From Nitrospirota bacterium (GTDB lineage: Bacteria; Nitrospirota; Nitrospiria; Nitrospirales; NS-4): a DNA stretch of 26,685 bases. This document shows, one piece after another, positions 18,664 to 26,685 of the stretch. The position numbers and the translations under genes are program-made. The stretch is from positions 487 to 27,171 of the forward strand of contig VBON01000067.1 in NCBI GenBank assembly GCA_005877525.1. The letters are read 5' to 3'. The notes beneath the pieces were generated by a model. That model had not been told where the DNA came from. It made no database searches and worked only from the letters and a program-made list of their open reading frames with translations. The first letter of the stretch is position 1. Each line of letters starts with the position of its first letter.

Positions 18664-18789
18664 TTAAGCAGCTTTTCCGGTCTCTTCTGTTCTCCCGATT
18701 TTCTGATGGGGCTCGTCCAGGTTTGTAGCGTACATGGCTATGGCCCAGGTGAATGCCATCAATCCCAAAATTGCGATAACAGGAAGCAT
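18664..18789 (-). CDS. 41-aa single-TM small protein (absent from the ORF track)
   Basis: GAGGAGG SD, 5 nt, then ATG. It translates as MLPVIAILGLMAFTWAIAMYATNLDEPHQKIGRTEETGKAA*. Confidence 0.75.
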   Translation of the reverse strand: MLPVIAILGLMAFTWAIAMYATNLDEPHQKIGRTEETGKAA

Positions 18790-18913
18790 AGTATCCTCCT
18801 CTCAATGACTGTGCCTGATTACAAGCTAACAAGCCCCAATTAGGCTGCCATTAATGAGAGATTAGGCTTCGATAAGGTTCTAACTCGCTCAGCCCGGCTG
18901 AGAAACGTGGGTC

Positions 18914-18970
18914 TTGACAAGCCGGCGGTTGATAGAGAAGAATGAGATTCAAATTCAATATTGAAAATTT
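18914..18970 (+). promoter_or_regulatory. promoter with a Fur-family-like operator upstream of the ZIP gene
   Basis: TTGACA at 18914, TGAGATT-C-AAATTCA (7-1-7-like) at 18943-18957 and the palindrome TTCAATATTGAA. The -10 is weak (AAGAAT). Confidence 0.5.
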
Positions 18971-18985
18971 GCGGGGGACTGCTTC

Positions 18986-19756
18986 ATGGACCAGCAGCAA
19001 TTGTTCTGGCAGCTTATCGGTTTCGGCACTGTGGCCGGCCTGATTCCTGTTTACTTGGGAATCGCCGCGGCGCTGTTAGCGATCAAGATATTGAATCGCT
19101 CCTGGGAAGGATTTTTGACCGGTATCGCAACGGGCATCCTTGTCTATCTCTTTTTCGACCTTATGCATGAGGCTGTGGAGCTGACATCCGCGAAGGATCC
19201 GACCTCATGGGTGATTTTTCTCGGCAGCCTGCTGCTCGGCTTTGTGGGACTGGTTGCGATGGAACAGCGGCAGCAGGGAAGAAATCGATTTGAGGTGCCT
19301 CGTCTCTTTCTCCCGTACATGATCGCCCTAGGGATGGGTCTGCATAATCTTGGCGAAGGTCTGGCGATTGGCGCCAGCTATGCGCACGGGGAGTGGGTCC
19401 TCAGCGGCGTGTTGATCGGCGGTTTTGCGCTGCATAATGGTACGGAGGGGTTTGCGATCGTCGGCTCCGTCGGAAAGGCGCGGTTGGCCGCCAAGGATAT
19501 TTTTCTCATGGGATTGATAGCCGGTTTACCCACGTGTCTAGGAGCCGTCATCAGCGGATTCACGGTCGCTCCCTATCTCTCGATTATGTTCTACACGGTG
19601 GCCGCGGGATCGCTGCTCTATGTGATCTTTTCCCTCGTCTCGATTTTCTATACGGCCACCAGACGGATGCAGACCGCAACCGGAGTGTTCGCCGGAGTCA
19701 GCTTGATGTATGTCACGGCGATGCTCCTTACAATCTTCTCAGGCATGAAAACCTAA
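18986..19756 (+). CDS. ZIP family divalent metal transporter
   Basis: About 8 TM helices, with metal-binding helices GLHNLGEGLAIG and ALHNGTEG. Confidence 0.92.
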   Translation: MDQQQLFWQLIGFGTVAGLIPVYLGIAAALLAIKILNRSWEGFLTGIATGILVYLFFDLMHEAVELTSAKDPTSWVIFLGSLLLGFVGLVAMEQRQQGRNRFEVPRLFLPYMIALGMGLHNLGEGLAIGASYAHGEWVLSGVLIGGFALHNGTEGFAIVGSVGKARLAAKDIFLMGLIAGLPTCLGAVISGFTVAPYLSIMFYTVAAGSLLYVIFSLVSIFYTATRRMQTATGVFAGVSLMYVTAMLLTIFSGMKT

Positions 19757-19796
19757 ATGAAAACCGCGCGGATTAGAGGTATGATGCGTATGTCTT

Positions 19797-20213
19797 ATGC
19801 GCATGTGCCCGAAATGCCGCCTAGTGACTGCCAACGACCGGACGTGTGCGGAATGCGGATGGAATCTATCCAGCGGATATCCAGCCAGCGGGGACGCAGC
19901 CGGCAACTTTGCCGAACGTCTTAAGGCGCTCACAATCTTCAGTGCCGTCATGTTCGTCGCAGCATTCGCAGTCTCGCTTTCGGTGACCCCGGGCGATTCT
20001 GTGCGGTCTGCTCTCGCCGGCGGGTTGTTCGGCGCGGGTCTAATTGCCGACTTCTTTTTGGTGCGATTCATTTATCGTGCGGCGGAACTCTACCAGGAAG
20101 CTCAAAGGTGGACCGTCGGTGCGTTGCTTACCTTTCCGTTCGGTACGCTCGTATTCGCGTGGCTGCTCGCCCGGCGTCTTCGCCACCACAAGCCTGTTTC
20201 TCCGCCGGCCTAA
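19797..20213 (+). CDS. zinc-ribbon membrane protein
   Basis: CPKC..CAECGWNL followed by about 3 TM helices. Confidence 0.75.
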   Translation: MRMCPKCRLVTANDRTCAECGWNLSSGYPASGDAAGNFAERLKALTIFSAVMFVAAFAVSLSVTPGDSVRSALAGGLFGAGLIADFFLVRFIYRAAELYQEAQRWTVGALLTFPFGTLVFAWLLARRLRHHKPVSPPA

Positions 20214-20301
20214 GGAGGACGCGCTTGAACAGGAGTTCCTCTTGAGATATTCTGCTGTAGGCGTACTTTTACACATTATCTTTGGCACTGGAGGTGAGAT
20301 T

Positions 20302-20940
20302 GTGAAACACGCGGTCATGTTAGCGGTACTGGGCATCGGAATGGTTATGCTGATCGGATGCGGGGGAAGGGGACAGACGATCCCGTTAGCCCTGGATATG
20401 AAGACCGTACCGGACCCGCCGAAGGTACGCGACGCTCCCCGCGTGGCGGTTATTCCCTTTGAGGACGTCCGTTCTGATAAGACCGCGATCGGGCGCCACC
20501 AACACTACGTTGAAACCATTGTGGATCGCTATGTGCCGGTTGAGGGCTCCGCCGCGGACCAGATTACAAAGTTTGTCGTGGACTATTTGACGCAGGCGGG
20601 ATTCTCGGTGTCGCTGCTTCAGCCGGGGGCCCAGCCGGCGGCGGGTAATGCCGATGTGATTATGACGGGACAGATCGAATCGTATTGGAATGACGCGGTG
20701 TCCAGGTTGGCGCGCACCGAGATGACCTCCAAGAACCGGATTCGGATCAAACTCACGAACCTCAGCGACAAAAGCACGACGTTTTCGACCGTCGTCGGGG
20801 AAGGCGCGTCCACAGTCGTCACCTTCGATCCCGAGGACCTGGCGAAGCTCGACAGCGAGGCCTTGGGCCAGAGCCTGGCCCGCTTTCTGGCGGACCTGGT
20901 CGTCGTCGATCGCGCGCTCAAGCCGAAGCGTGAAGGATGA
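20302..20940 (+). CDS. YajG-like lipoprotein
   Basis: GGAGGTG SD before GTG 20302, lipobox LIGC, and a VAVIPFEDVRSD..IG pattern. Confidence 0.85.
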   Translation: MKHAVMLAVLGIGMVMLIGCGGRGQTIPLALDMKTVPDPPKVRDAPRVAVIPFEDVRSDKTAIGRHQHYVETIVDRYVPVEGSAADQITKFVVDYLTQAGFSVSLLQPGAQPAAGNADVIMTGQIESYWNDAVSRLARTEMTSKNRIRIKLTNLSDKSTTFSTVVGEGASTVVTFDPEDLAKLDSEALGQSLARFLADLVVVDRALKPKREG

Positions 20941-21009
20941 CCGTGATGTCTTTTCCATGGGCAGGTTCGTCAGGTCGGCGGGATTGCCGGGCCTGAACAG
21001 CAGACACAC

Positions 21010-22065
21010 GTGGCAAAGCAGTCTATTTCCGTCGAGCAGTTGCGGAAGCAGGTTGAAGAGTTTCTAGCGCTGCCCCATTCGGATCCCCAAGCCGCGATCC
21101 TCAAAGAACTCCTGGGCGCCGTCCTTCGCCTAAACACCGAACGCCTGGACATGCTCGACCTAAAGATCATCCACCGGAGTCTGAAGGAGATGCGCTATGC
21201 CTTCCGCGTCTTCAAACCCTACCGGCACCAGCGCAAGGTCAGCATTTTTGGATCGGCCAGGCTTCCGTCCGATACTCCGCTTTACGACCTGGCGCGACGG
21301 TTTGCAAAATTGCTGACCCAAGAGGGATTCATGGTGATAACGGGAGCCGGAGACGGCATCATGCGGGCGGCCAACGAGGGCGCCGGCCGCGAAAACAGCT
21401 TTGGGGTCAATATCCTCCTGCCATTCGAGCAGGAGGCGAATCCCTCGATCGTCGACGACCCCAAGCTGATCACCTTCAAGTATTTCTTTACGCGGAAGCT
21501 GTTCTTCGCGCGGGAATCGCACGCCAGCGCGGTCTTCCCCGGCGGCTTTGGGACGCATGACGAATGCTTTGAAATCTTGACGCTGCTGCAGACCGGCAAA
21601 AACAACCCGCACCCCGTCGTCATGCTCGACGTTCCCGGAGGCACGTACTGGCTAAGATGGCAACGCTTCATCCAGGAAGACATGGTGGCGACCAGGCTCG
21701 TATCGCCGGAAGACCTGAACCTGTTTCGGATCGTGGACTCCGCGGAGGCAGCGGTGGCGGAAATCGCAGGCTTCTATCGGAATTACCACTCTTGCCGGTT
21801 TGTGAAGGGCCAGCTGGTGCTGCGCCTGCAGCATCTCCTGACGGCGGAACAGGTGGACAGGTTGAACGAACAGATTGCCCATCTGTACCCGGGGGGGAAG
21901 CTCGAGCAGCGCTCGGCGCTGCCTGAAGAAGCCGACGAGCCGGAGTTGCTCGCCCTGCCCCGACTGGTGGTGCCTTACGATCGACGAAGCGCGGGATACC
22001 TCCGGCAGTTGATCGATCTGGTCAACGCCCTGCCCTACGTAGGGCCGGTGCCATCGCCAGCCTAA
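21010..22065 (+). CDS. LOG family (TIGR00730-like) nucleotide phosphoribohydrolase, long form
   Basis: VSIFGSAR, ITGAGDGIMRAANEG, FKYFFTRKLFF and PGGFGTHDE, plus N- and C-terminal extensions. Confidence 0.93.
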   Translation: MAKQSISVEQLRKQVEEFLALPHSDPQAAILKELLGAVLRLNTERLDMLDLKIIHRSLKEMRYAFRVFKPYRHQRKVSIFGSARLPSDTPLYDLARRFAKLLTQEGFMVITGAGDGIMRAANEGAGRENSFGVNILLPFEQEANPSIVDDPKLITFKYFFTRKLFFARESHASAVFPGGFGTHDECFEILTLLQTGKNNPHPVVMLDVPGGTYWLRWQRFIQEDMVATRLVSPEDLNLFRIVDSAEAAVAEIAGFYRNYHSCRFVKGQLVLRLQHLLTAEQVDRLNEQIAHLYPGGKLEQRSALPEEADEPELLALPRLVVPYDRRSAGYLRQLIDLVNALPYVGPVPSPA

Positions 22066-22505
22066 TACCGGAGTGTCACGGAGGAGGTGCTGCTCCGCGC
22101 CCTGAAAAACTTTTTGGAGAAGGTCTCCACGACAGCCGGGTCATACCCTTTGCAACTGAAGATGTCGAGGTAGGCCCGGTTTGTATCGTTGGCGAAGTGT
22201 CCACTGATGAGGGAGGTCTCGATGAGTTGGGTCATCGAATAGCCGGCGACCCGTCCCTCTCCAAAGTGGATGATCTGGCAATCGCCGTATCGCTTCATCC
22301 CGATCAGGTCGCAGAGCGCGACCACATACGCTTGAATTTTTTTTCGGCTGCGGATGGTGTCGGGATGACAGTCTTGAAGGTCAACGGAAGCGGAGAGGCC
22401 CCAGGCCTTTCCCTCTCCCACCAGCTCGTCTTGCAAGCCGTTCGGAGAGAGCGCCGGGGCCATCGTTGGCAAGATTGCGCTTTCAGCATTTACGAGTGCG
22501 TTCAT
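22062..22505 (-). CDS. speD: pyruvoyl-dependent S-adenosylmethionine decarboxylase homologue (substrate unverified)
   Basis: WGLSASVDLQDC, GYSMTQLIETSLISGHF and AYLDIFSCK. AGGAGG SD upstream. Confidence 0.82.
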   Translation of the reverse strand: MNALVNAESAILPTMAPALSPNGLQDELVGEGKAWGLSASVDLQDCHPDTIRSRKKIQAYVVALCDLIGMKRYGDCQIIHFGEGRVAGYSMTQLIETSLISGHFANDTNRAYLDIFSCKGYDPAVVETFSKKFFRARSSTSSVTLRY

Positions 22506-22556
22506 CGATAGAGATTACCTCCTGGTAGTTGATTGTCCGAGTGCGATGCAGCCGCC

Positions 22557-22565
22557 ACTATAACA
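22557..22565 (-). promoter_or_regulatory. extended -10 promoter for the SpeD-like gene
   Basis: The minus strand reads TGTTATAGT. Confidence 0.5.
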
Positions 22566-22655
22566 CAAATTTTGCGATGTCCATCCCACTAGGCATTTTT
22601 TTTCTTATCGGCATCCTGAAGAAGGATCTTAAGGTCGGCCCGCTGGACGGAAAAC

Positions 22656-22961
22656 TTACAGCGAGGTCTGGCCTTCTTCGGCAGACATTTTTCCCAACTC
22701 AACTTGCCGCCGCACCCACAACTCGTGTTGCGTGCGCAGTTGATATTCCCGGCGACGGGCGAGGGCGCCGCCGCCTAAGGTCCAGATGGAGGTGAAAAAG
22801 GTATCTTGCTGTGAAGACAGGAGACCGGCTTGACCCAGGACGGCTTGCTCATCGAAGAACGGGGAATCCCACGACCAGGTCTCGTCGTAAGGTGGCGTCG
22901 TCGCGCACGCCGCGATGAGAACTGCCGCCAGGAGGGCGAGAAGCGTGCGCCGGCGCATCAT
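22656..22961 (-). CDS. small lipoprotein, probably on a leaderless transcript
   Basis: MMRRRTLLALLAAVLIAAC lipobox. TATCCT ends 6 nt before ATG 22961 and there is no SD. Confidence 0.75.
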   Translation of the reverse strand: MMRRRTLLALLAAVLIAACATTPPYDETWSWDSPFFDEQAVLGQAGLLSSQQDTFFTSIWTLGGGALARRREYQLRTQHELWVRRQVELGKMSAEEGQTSL

Positions 22962-23010
22962 AGGCGGAGGATAACGAGAAGGGTGTTGCAGAAGCAAGGC
23001 TGATGTCAGA

Positions 23011-26000
23011 TCAAAGCGGGCCTGGATTCATCCCGGCGGGTTGGATGTCGGGCGAAAATCCGCGCCGCAACGTCTGCTCGCTGATAACCGAAGCGGACAT
23101 GAACTGGACGAGATAGTCGGGCCCGCCGGCTTTGGCGCCCATCCCCGACAGGCGCGCGCCGCCGAAAGGCTGGCGTCCGACCATGGCGCCGGTGATGCCG
23201 CGATTAATGTAGAGATTGCCCACACAGAAGGCGTCGCGTGCGCGGGCAATGTTGCGGGGGCTTCGGGAGTACAGGCCGCCCGTCAGCGCGTACTCGGTCG
23301 CATTTGCGATTGCGAGAGCGTCCTCATAATCTCGCGCCCGCAGGACGGCCAGGAGCAGACCGAAGATTTCTTCCTTTGCCAGCCGGTGCTCGGGGCGGAT
23401 CTCGGTGAAGACGGCGGGACCGATGAAATTCGGACCTGGCCGATGCGCCAAGTCCGGTCGCAGGACGGCGCGCCCTTCCTTTTCGCCGATTTCGATATAC
23501 TCCATGACCTTGCGCACCGCCCGCTCGTCAATCAATGGACCAAGTGCGGTCCCCGGGTCTTCGGGCATCCCCATGTGAACGCTGCGCGCCGCTTCGACCA
23601 GGCGCTGGACAAAGCCGTCATGGATTGCATCCACAATGATCAAGCGCGAACAGGCCGAGCATTTCTGGCCTTGATACCCCAGGAATGAAGCCGTGACGCC
23701 CGCGACCGCCTCATCGAGGTCGGCGGTTTCGTCAATGATGATCGCGTTCTTGCCGCCCATCTCGGCGATCACCTTCTTGACATCCCGTTGCCCTGGCCGA
23801 AGGCGCGCCGCTTCGGCGATGATTTCAAGTCCCACCGCCTTCGAGCCGGTGAAGGCGATGATGGAAATCTCTGGATGGGCAACGAGTCGCCGTCCGACTT
23901 CTGCCTCGCCCGGCAGAAATTGAAGCACGCCGTCCGGCAGACCCGCTTCACGAAAAATTTCCACCAGCACGTACGCGGTCATGGGCGCACGCTCGGAGGG
24001 CTTAAACAGCACCGTATTGCCGGTGACGAGCGCGCCTGACACCATCCCGGCGGGAATTGCCAATGGGAAGTTCCATGGCGAGAGCACCGCGGCGATGCCG
24101 CGCGGCCGGTAAAGGAGCTGATTCAGTTCCCCCGGTTCCTCACCCAACCGGATCGGCGCCCCGAGCCGCCGCATTTCGCCGGCATAGTAGTTCAGAAAGT
24201 CGATGGCTTCCGCCACGTCCGCATCGGCTTCGCGCCACGTTTTTCCGGCTTCGTAGACTTCGAGCGCGGCGACCTCGAATCGGCGGTCACGCAGCAGGTC
24301 GGCGGCCCTTTGAAGAATCATGATCCGCTCTTTCGCCGGCGTGGCAAGCCATGAGCGCCCGCTCGCTTGCGCGCGAACCACTGCCTCGTCCACATCCTCC
24401 GGTCCGGCGGCCGTCACGATACCAACCACCTCTTCGGGACGGGCGGGGTTTCGGGAAATAAGCGCGGGCCGGACATTACCGGCTTGCGGGCCAAGCGCCA
24501 GATCGATCCGCCGGCCAAGACGACGTTTGACCACCGCCAGGGCCTCTTGCATCCGGTCTCGGGCTGGGGCAAGGGCGAAGTCAGTGTGGGGCACATTTAC
24601 GAACCGGCCATTTCCTGCGAGAGCCCTTCCACCTTGCTCAGGACAGGCCTCGGGGCGGACGCCCGGCAAATGCTCTTCCCGTTGACCCAGTTTGCCTTCA
24701 AAGGGGGGACGCACCAGCTCATCCAAGCTTTGGCTGCCCATGAATTGACGGCGTAGAATCGATTCGTTGGCGGTGTTTTCCAGGAGGCGGCGCACGAGAT
24801 ACGCCATGCCGGCGAGGAGTTCTCCGACAGGAGCATAGACTCTCAACCGATACCCGGCCTTGACCACAGCATCCTGAAGCGCATCCGCCATGCCGTGTAG
24901 CATCTGAATCTCAATGCTGTTGGTCGGCAGCTGGCGGCGCGCGGCCTCCGCGATGGCGAACGCGACTTGCCGCAGATTGTGCGTGCCCCACATGGGGCGG
25001 ATCACATCGATCTCGTCGAGCATGATTGGGATGAGACGCTCATAGCACGCATCGGTCTCATCTTTTTCGGCGAACACCGGAATCGGCCAACCGCGTTGAC
25101 GGTGAATGATCGTTTCGTAGTCCCAGTAGGCGCCCTTGACGAGGCGAATTCCGAAGGGCTGCCGCCGGCTCTTGGCCCAAGCGATGAACTCCTTCACGTC
25201 CCGCTCGGTGTCCCTGAGATAGGCCTGCAGCGCGATGCTCGCATAGGGGTAGGCTCGAAATTCGTCCTCCAGCAACAGCCTTCGCACAATCCCGATCGTC
25301 AGGTCCTTGCCGGCATACTGTTCCATGTCGAAGGTGATGCCCACAGGCAGGCGCGCGGCGAGCCGCAGGAGCGGGCGCAGCCGAGCCGCGATGGCGGTAT
25401 AGCATCCATCTGGATCGATAGGATCGAACTGCGAATACAACGCCGACAGTTTGATCGAAACCTGAGCGCGCGGCAGGCGTCCCAGGTGATCGGCTTCCAA
25501 GGATGGAGCGCTGGGCCAGCCGGCTGCCGCGTTCGCCAGTGAGGTGATTGCCTCCTCATAGCGGGCGGCATAGGCATCGGCCTCCCGTTCCGAGACGACC
25601 GCCTCACCCAGCAGGTCGACCGAATGGGCCAGCCCGCGCTTCCACAATTCGCCGACGGCGAGAAGCGCGTCCGACATCCCCGCGCCGGCGATGAACTGGT
25701 TGGCCATCTGGAGCGTCTGGTTGTAGATGGTGTCGGCGCTGATGCTGGCGCCGAAGCCGACGGCCGAGAGCGCCCGCATTCCCCATCGCATCAAGGAGCG
25801 GCTCCCGGCAGCGGGCAGGCCGGATTCCCCGAAGTACTCTTCGACAAGGGCTTTGATCTGGGCCGGATTTTTGAGGGCAGGCAGAACGTCGATGAAACGA
25901 AAGAGCTGGACCTTGAAGGCCTCGTCGCGGATCGCCCACTCGAGCAGCCGCCCCGTCCACCAGGCGCGGTCGAACAGGCGGGGAGGGGCAGCGGCGGCCG

Positions 26001-26058
26001 TTGCGTAGAGTCCTTCGGCGTACCGCCGAATATCCGCTTCGGTGGCGAGCTGCGCCAT
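23011..26058 (-). CDS. putA: bifunctional proline dehydrogenase / glutamate semialdehyde (P5C) dehydrogenase
   Basis: PRODH motifs FKVQLFRFIDV, ITFDMEQY, IRLVKGAYWDYE and AYLVRRLLENTANES. ALDH motifs PWNFPLAI, FTGSKAVG, AEMGGKN, GQKCSACS and EEIFG. Start is 26058 or 26082. There is no N-terminal RHH domain. Confidence 0.97.
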   Translation of the reverse strand: MAQLATEADIRRYAEGLYATAAAAPPRLFDRAWWTGRLLEWAIRDEAFKVQLFRFIDVLPALKNPAQIKALVEEYFGESGLPAAGSRSLMRWGMRALSAVGFGASISADTIYNQTLQMANQFIAGAGMSDALLAVGELWKRGLAHSVDLLGEAVVSEREADAYAARYEEAITSLANAAAGWPSAPSLEADHLGRLPRAQVSIKLSALYSQFDPIDPDGCYTAIAARLRPLLRLAARLPVGITFDMEQYAGKDLTIGIVRRLLLEDEFRAYPYASIALQAYLRDTERDVKEFIAWAKSRRQPFGIRLVKGAYWDYETIIHRQRGWPIPVFAEKDETDACYERLIPIMLDEIDVIRPMWGTHNLRQVAFAIAEAARRQLPTNSIEIQMLHGMADALQDAVVKAGYRLRVYAPVGELLAGMAYLVRRLLENTANESILRRQFMGSQSLDELVRPPFEGKLGQREEHLPGVRPEACPEQGGRALAGNGRFVNVPHTDFALAPARDRMQEALAVVKRRLGRRIDLALGPQAGNVRPALISRNPARPEEVVGIVTAAGPEDVDEAVVRAQASGRSWLATPAKERIMILQRAADLLRDRRFEVAALEVYEAGKTWREADADVAEAIDFLNYYAGEMRRLGAPIRLGEEPGELNQLLYRPRGIAAVLSPWNFPLAIPAGMVSGALVTGNTVLFKPSERAPMTAYVLVEIFREAGLPDGVLQFLPGEAEVGRRLVAHPEISIIAFTGSKAVGLEIIAEAARLRPGQRDVKKVIAEMGGKNAIIIDETADLDEAVAGVTASFLGYQGQKCSACSRLIIVDAIHDGFVQRLVEAARSVHMGMPEDPGTALGPLIDERAVRKVMEYIEIGEKEGRAVLRPDLAHRPGPNFIGPAVFTEIRPEHRLAKEEIFGLLLAVLRARDYEDALAIANATEYALTGGLYSRSPRNIARARDAFCVGNLYINRGITGAMVGRQPFGGARLSGMGAKAGGPDYLVQFMSASVISEQTLRRGFSPDIQPAGMNPGPL

Positions 26059-26080
26059 GAATCTAGCTAGACTTCGCTTC

Positions 26081-26685
26081 ATGGCGGAGATTCCGGTTTT
26101 CACGATTCGCGGCGAGCAACCGAAGGAGCCCAAGCAGTTCTTTACGCGGGTTTTTTGTCTGCGCAAGGAGCCGCCGCCGCTGGGCCTGCTATTGGAATTT
26201 CTCAAGGCGAAGGGCGCCGCCCCGGTCCTGCCTGAAGGCGTCAATGAGAAGCTGTTGAACAGCTGGAATTGGGTAGGCGTCGAGATCGGATATCAGAGGG
26301 ACCGCAAGCCGATCTTCCTCACCTGCTGCCGGAAAGGCAGCGCGCAAGACGAGATCTTCAAACAGGACACCGAGGGATTACTGGCGTTCGTGGACGCGCA
26401 CCGCGAGCTTGATAGCTGGCGAGTTTCGGATCACTTGCGCGCTTGCCGGTTCTTCATTGCCTCCATTCTAGATAAGAATGACATCAACGATGAAGGCTAC
26501 GACTTCAACGGCTGGATCCTGCAGTTCTTTGAAGAGAACTGCGACGGCATGGTACAGATTGATGGGCAAGGCTTCTATAGCCCCGAAGGGAACATCATCC
26601 TGGAGTTACCGGCAATCGACGAGGAAGACCAAAAAGAGGAACCGATCACTCCCACCCTGCTGGGCCCGGCACCGCTCAAAAAAAA
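26081..26685 (+). CDS. hypothetical protein, truncated by the window end (absent from the ORF track)
   Basis: At least 201 open codons from ATG 26081: MAEIPVFTIRGEQPKEPKQFFTRVFCLRKEPPPL..GWILQFFEENCDGMVQIDGQGFYSPEG.. No stop occurs before the edge. Confidence 0.8.
   Translation, partial: MAEIPVFTIRGEQPKEPKQFFTRVFCLRKEPPPLGLLLEFLKAKGAAPVLPEGVNEKLLNSWNWVGVEIGYQRDRKPIFLTCCRKGSAQDEIFKQDTEGLLAFVDAHRELDSWRVSDHLRACRFFIASILDKNDINDEGYDFNGWILQFFEENCDGMVQIDGQGFYSPEGNIILELPAIDEEDQKEEPITPTLLGPAPLKK

Noticed and set aside
18599-18843. 77-aa (-) and 76-aa (+) ORFs from the track
   Set aside because: They lack an SD and recognisable features. The strong SD points to the 41-aa ORF at 18789-18664 in another frame.
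26084-26244. N-terminal extension of PutA to TTG 26244
   Set aside because: It has no PutA-like sequence and overlaps a long, protein-like ORF on the + strand.
26678-26685. Terminal A run as a terminator or poly(A) feature
   Set aside because: It is in frame as Lys codons at the window edge, and nothing more can be concluded.

Overview
A bacterial chromosomal window with no integrase, transposase, phage genes or CRISPR array. Gene content and style suggest Nitrospirota, but that is an inference. From left to right it holds: smpB-ssrA (tmRNA, tag (A)ANTELALAA); a metallophosphoesterase; a secreted protein with two tandem type-1-copper cupredoxin domains; msrB; a Tim44-domain protein; a secreted msrA; an MBL-fold hydrolase; a frameshifted HDOD gene; two small divergent hypotheticals; a membrane hypothetical paired with a second, cytoplasmic msrA; and a B12-binding radical SAM enzyme. 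The central module is a secreted TPR/Sel1 protein, a membrane-bound CHASE2-coiled-coil-sigma54 activator fusion, and an OmpA-domain gene preceded by a correctly spaced -24/-12 promoter and upstream palindromes. This is the most interesting system here. The right part holds a Gfo/Idh/MocA oxidoreductase, a NUDIX hydrolase, an unannotated 41-aa membrane protein, a ZIP transporter with a Fur-like box, a zinc-ribbon membrane protein, a YajG-like lipoprotein, a LOG protein, a non-canonical SpeD-like decarboxylase, a probably leaderless lipoprotein gene, putA, and a truncated ORF head-to-head with putA. Three GTAG-footed REP-like palindromes are also present.
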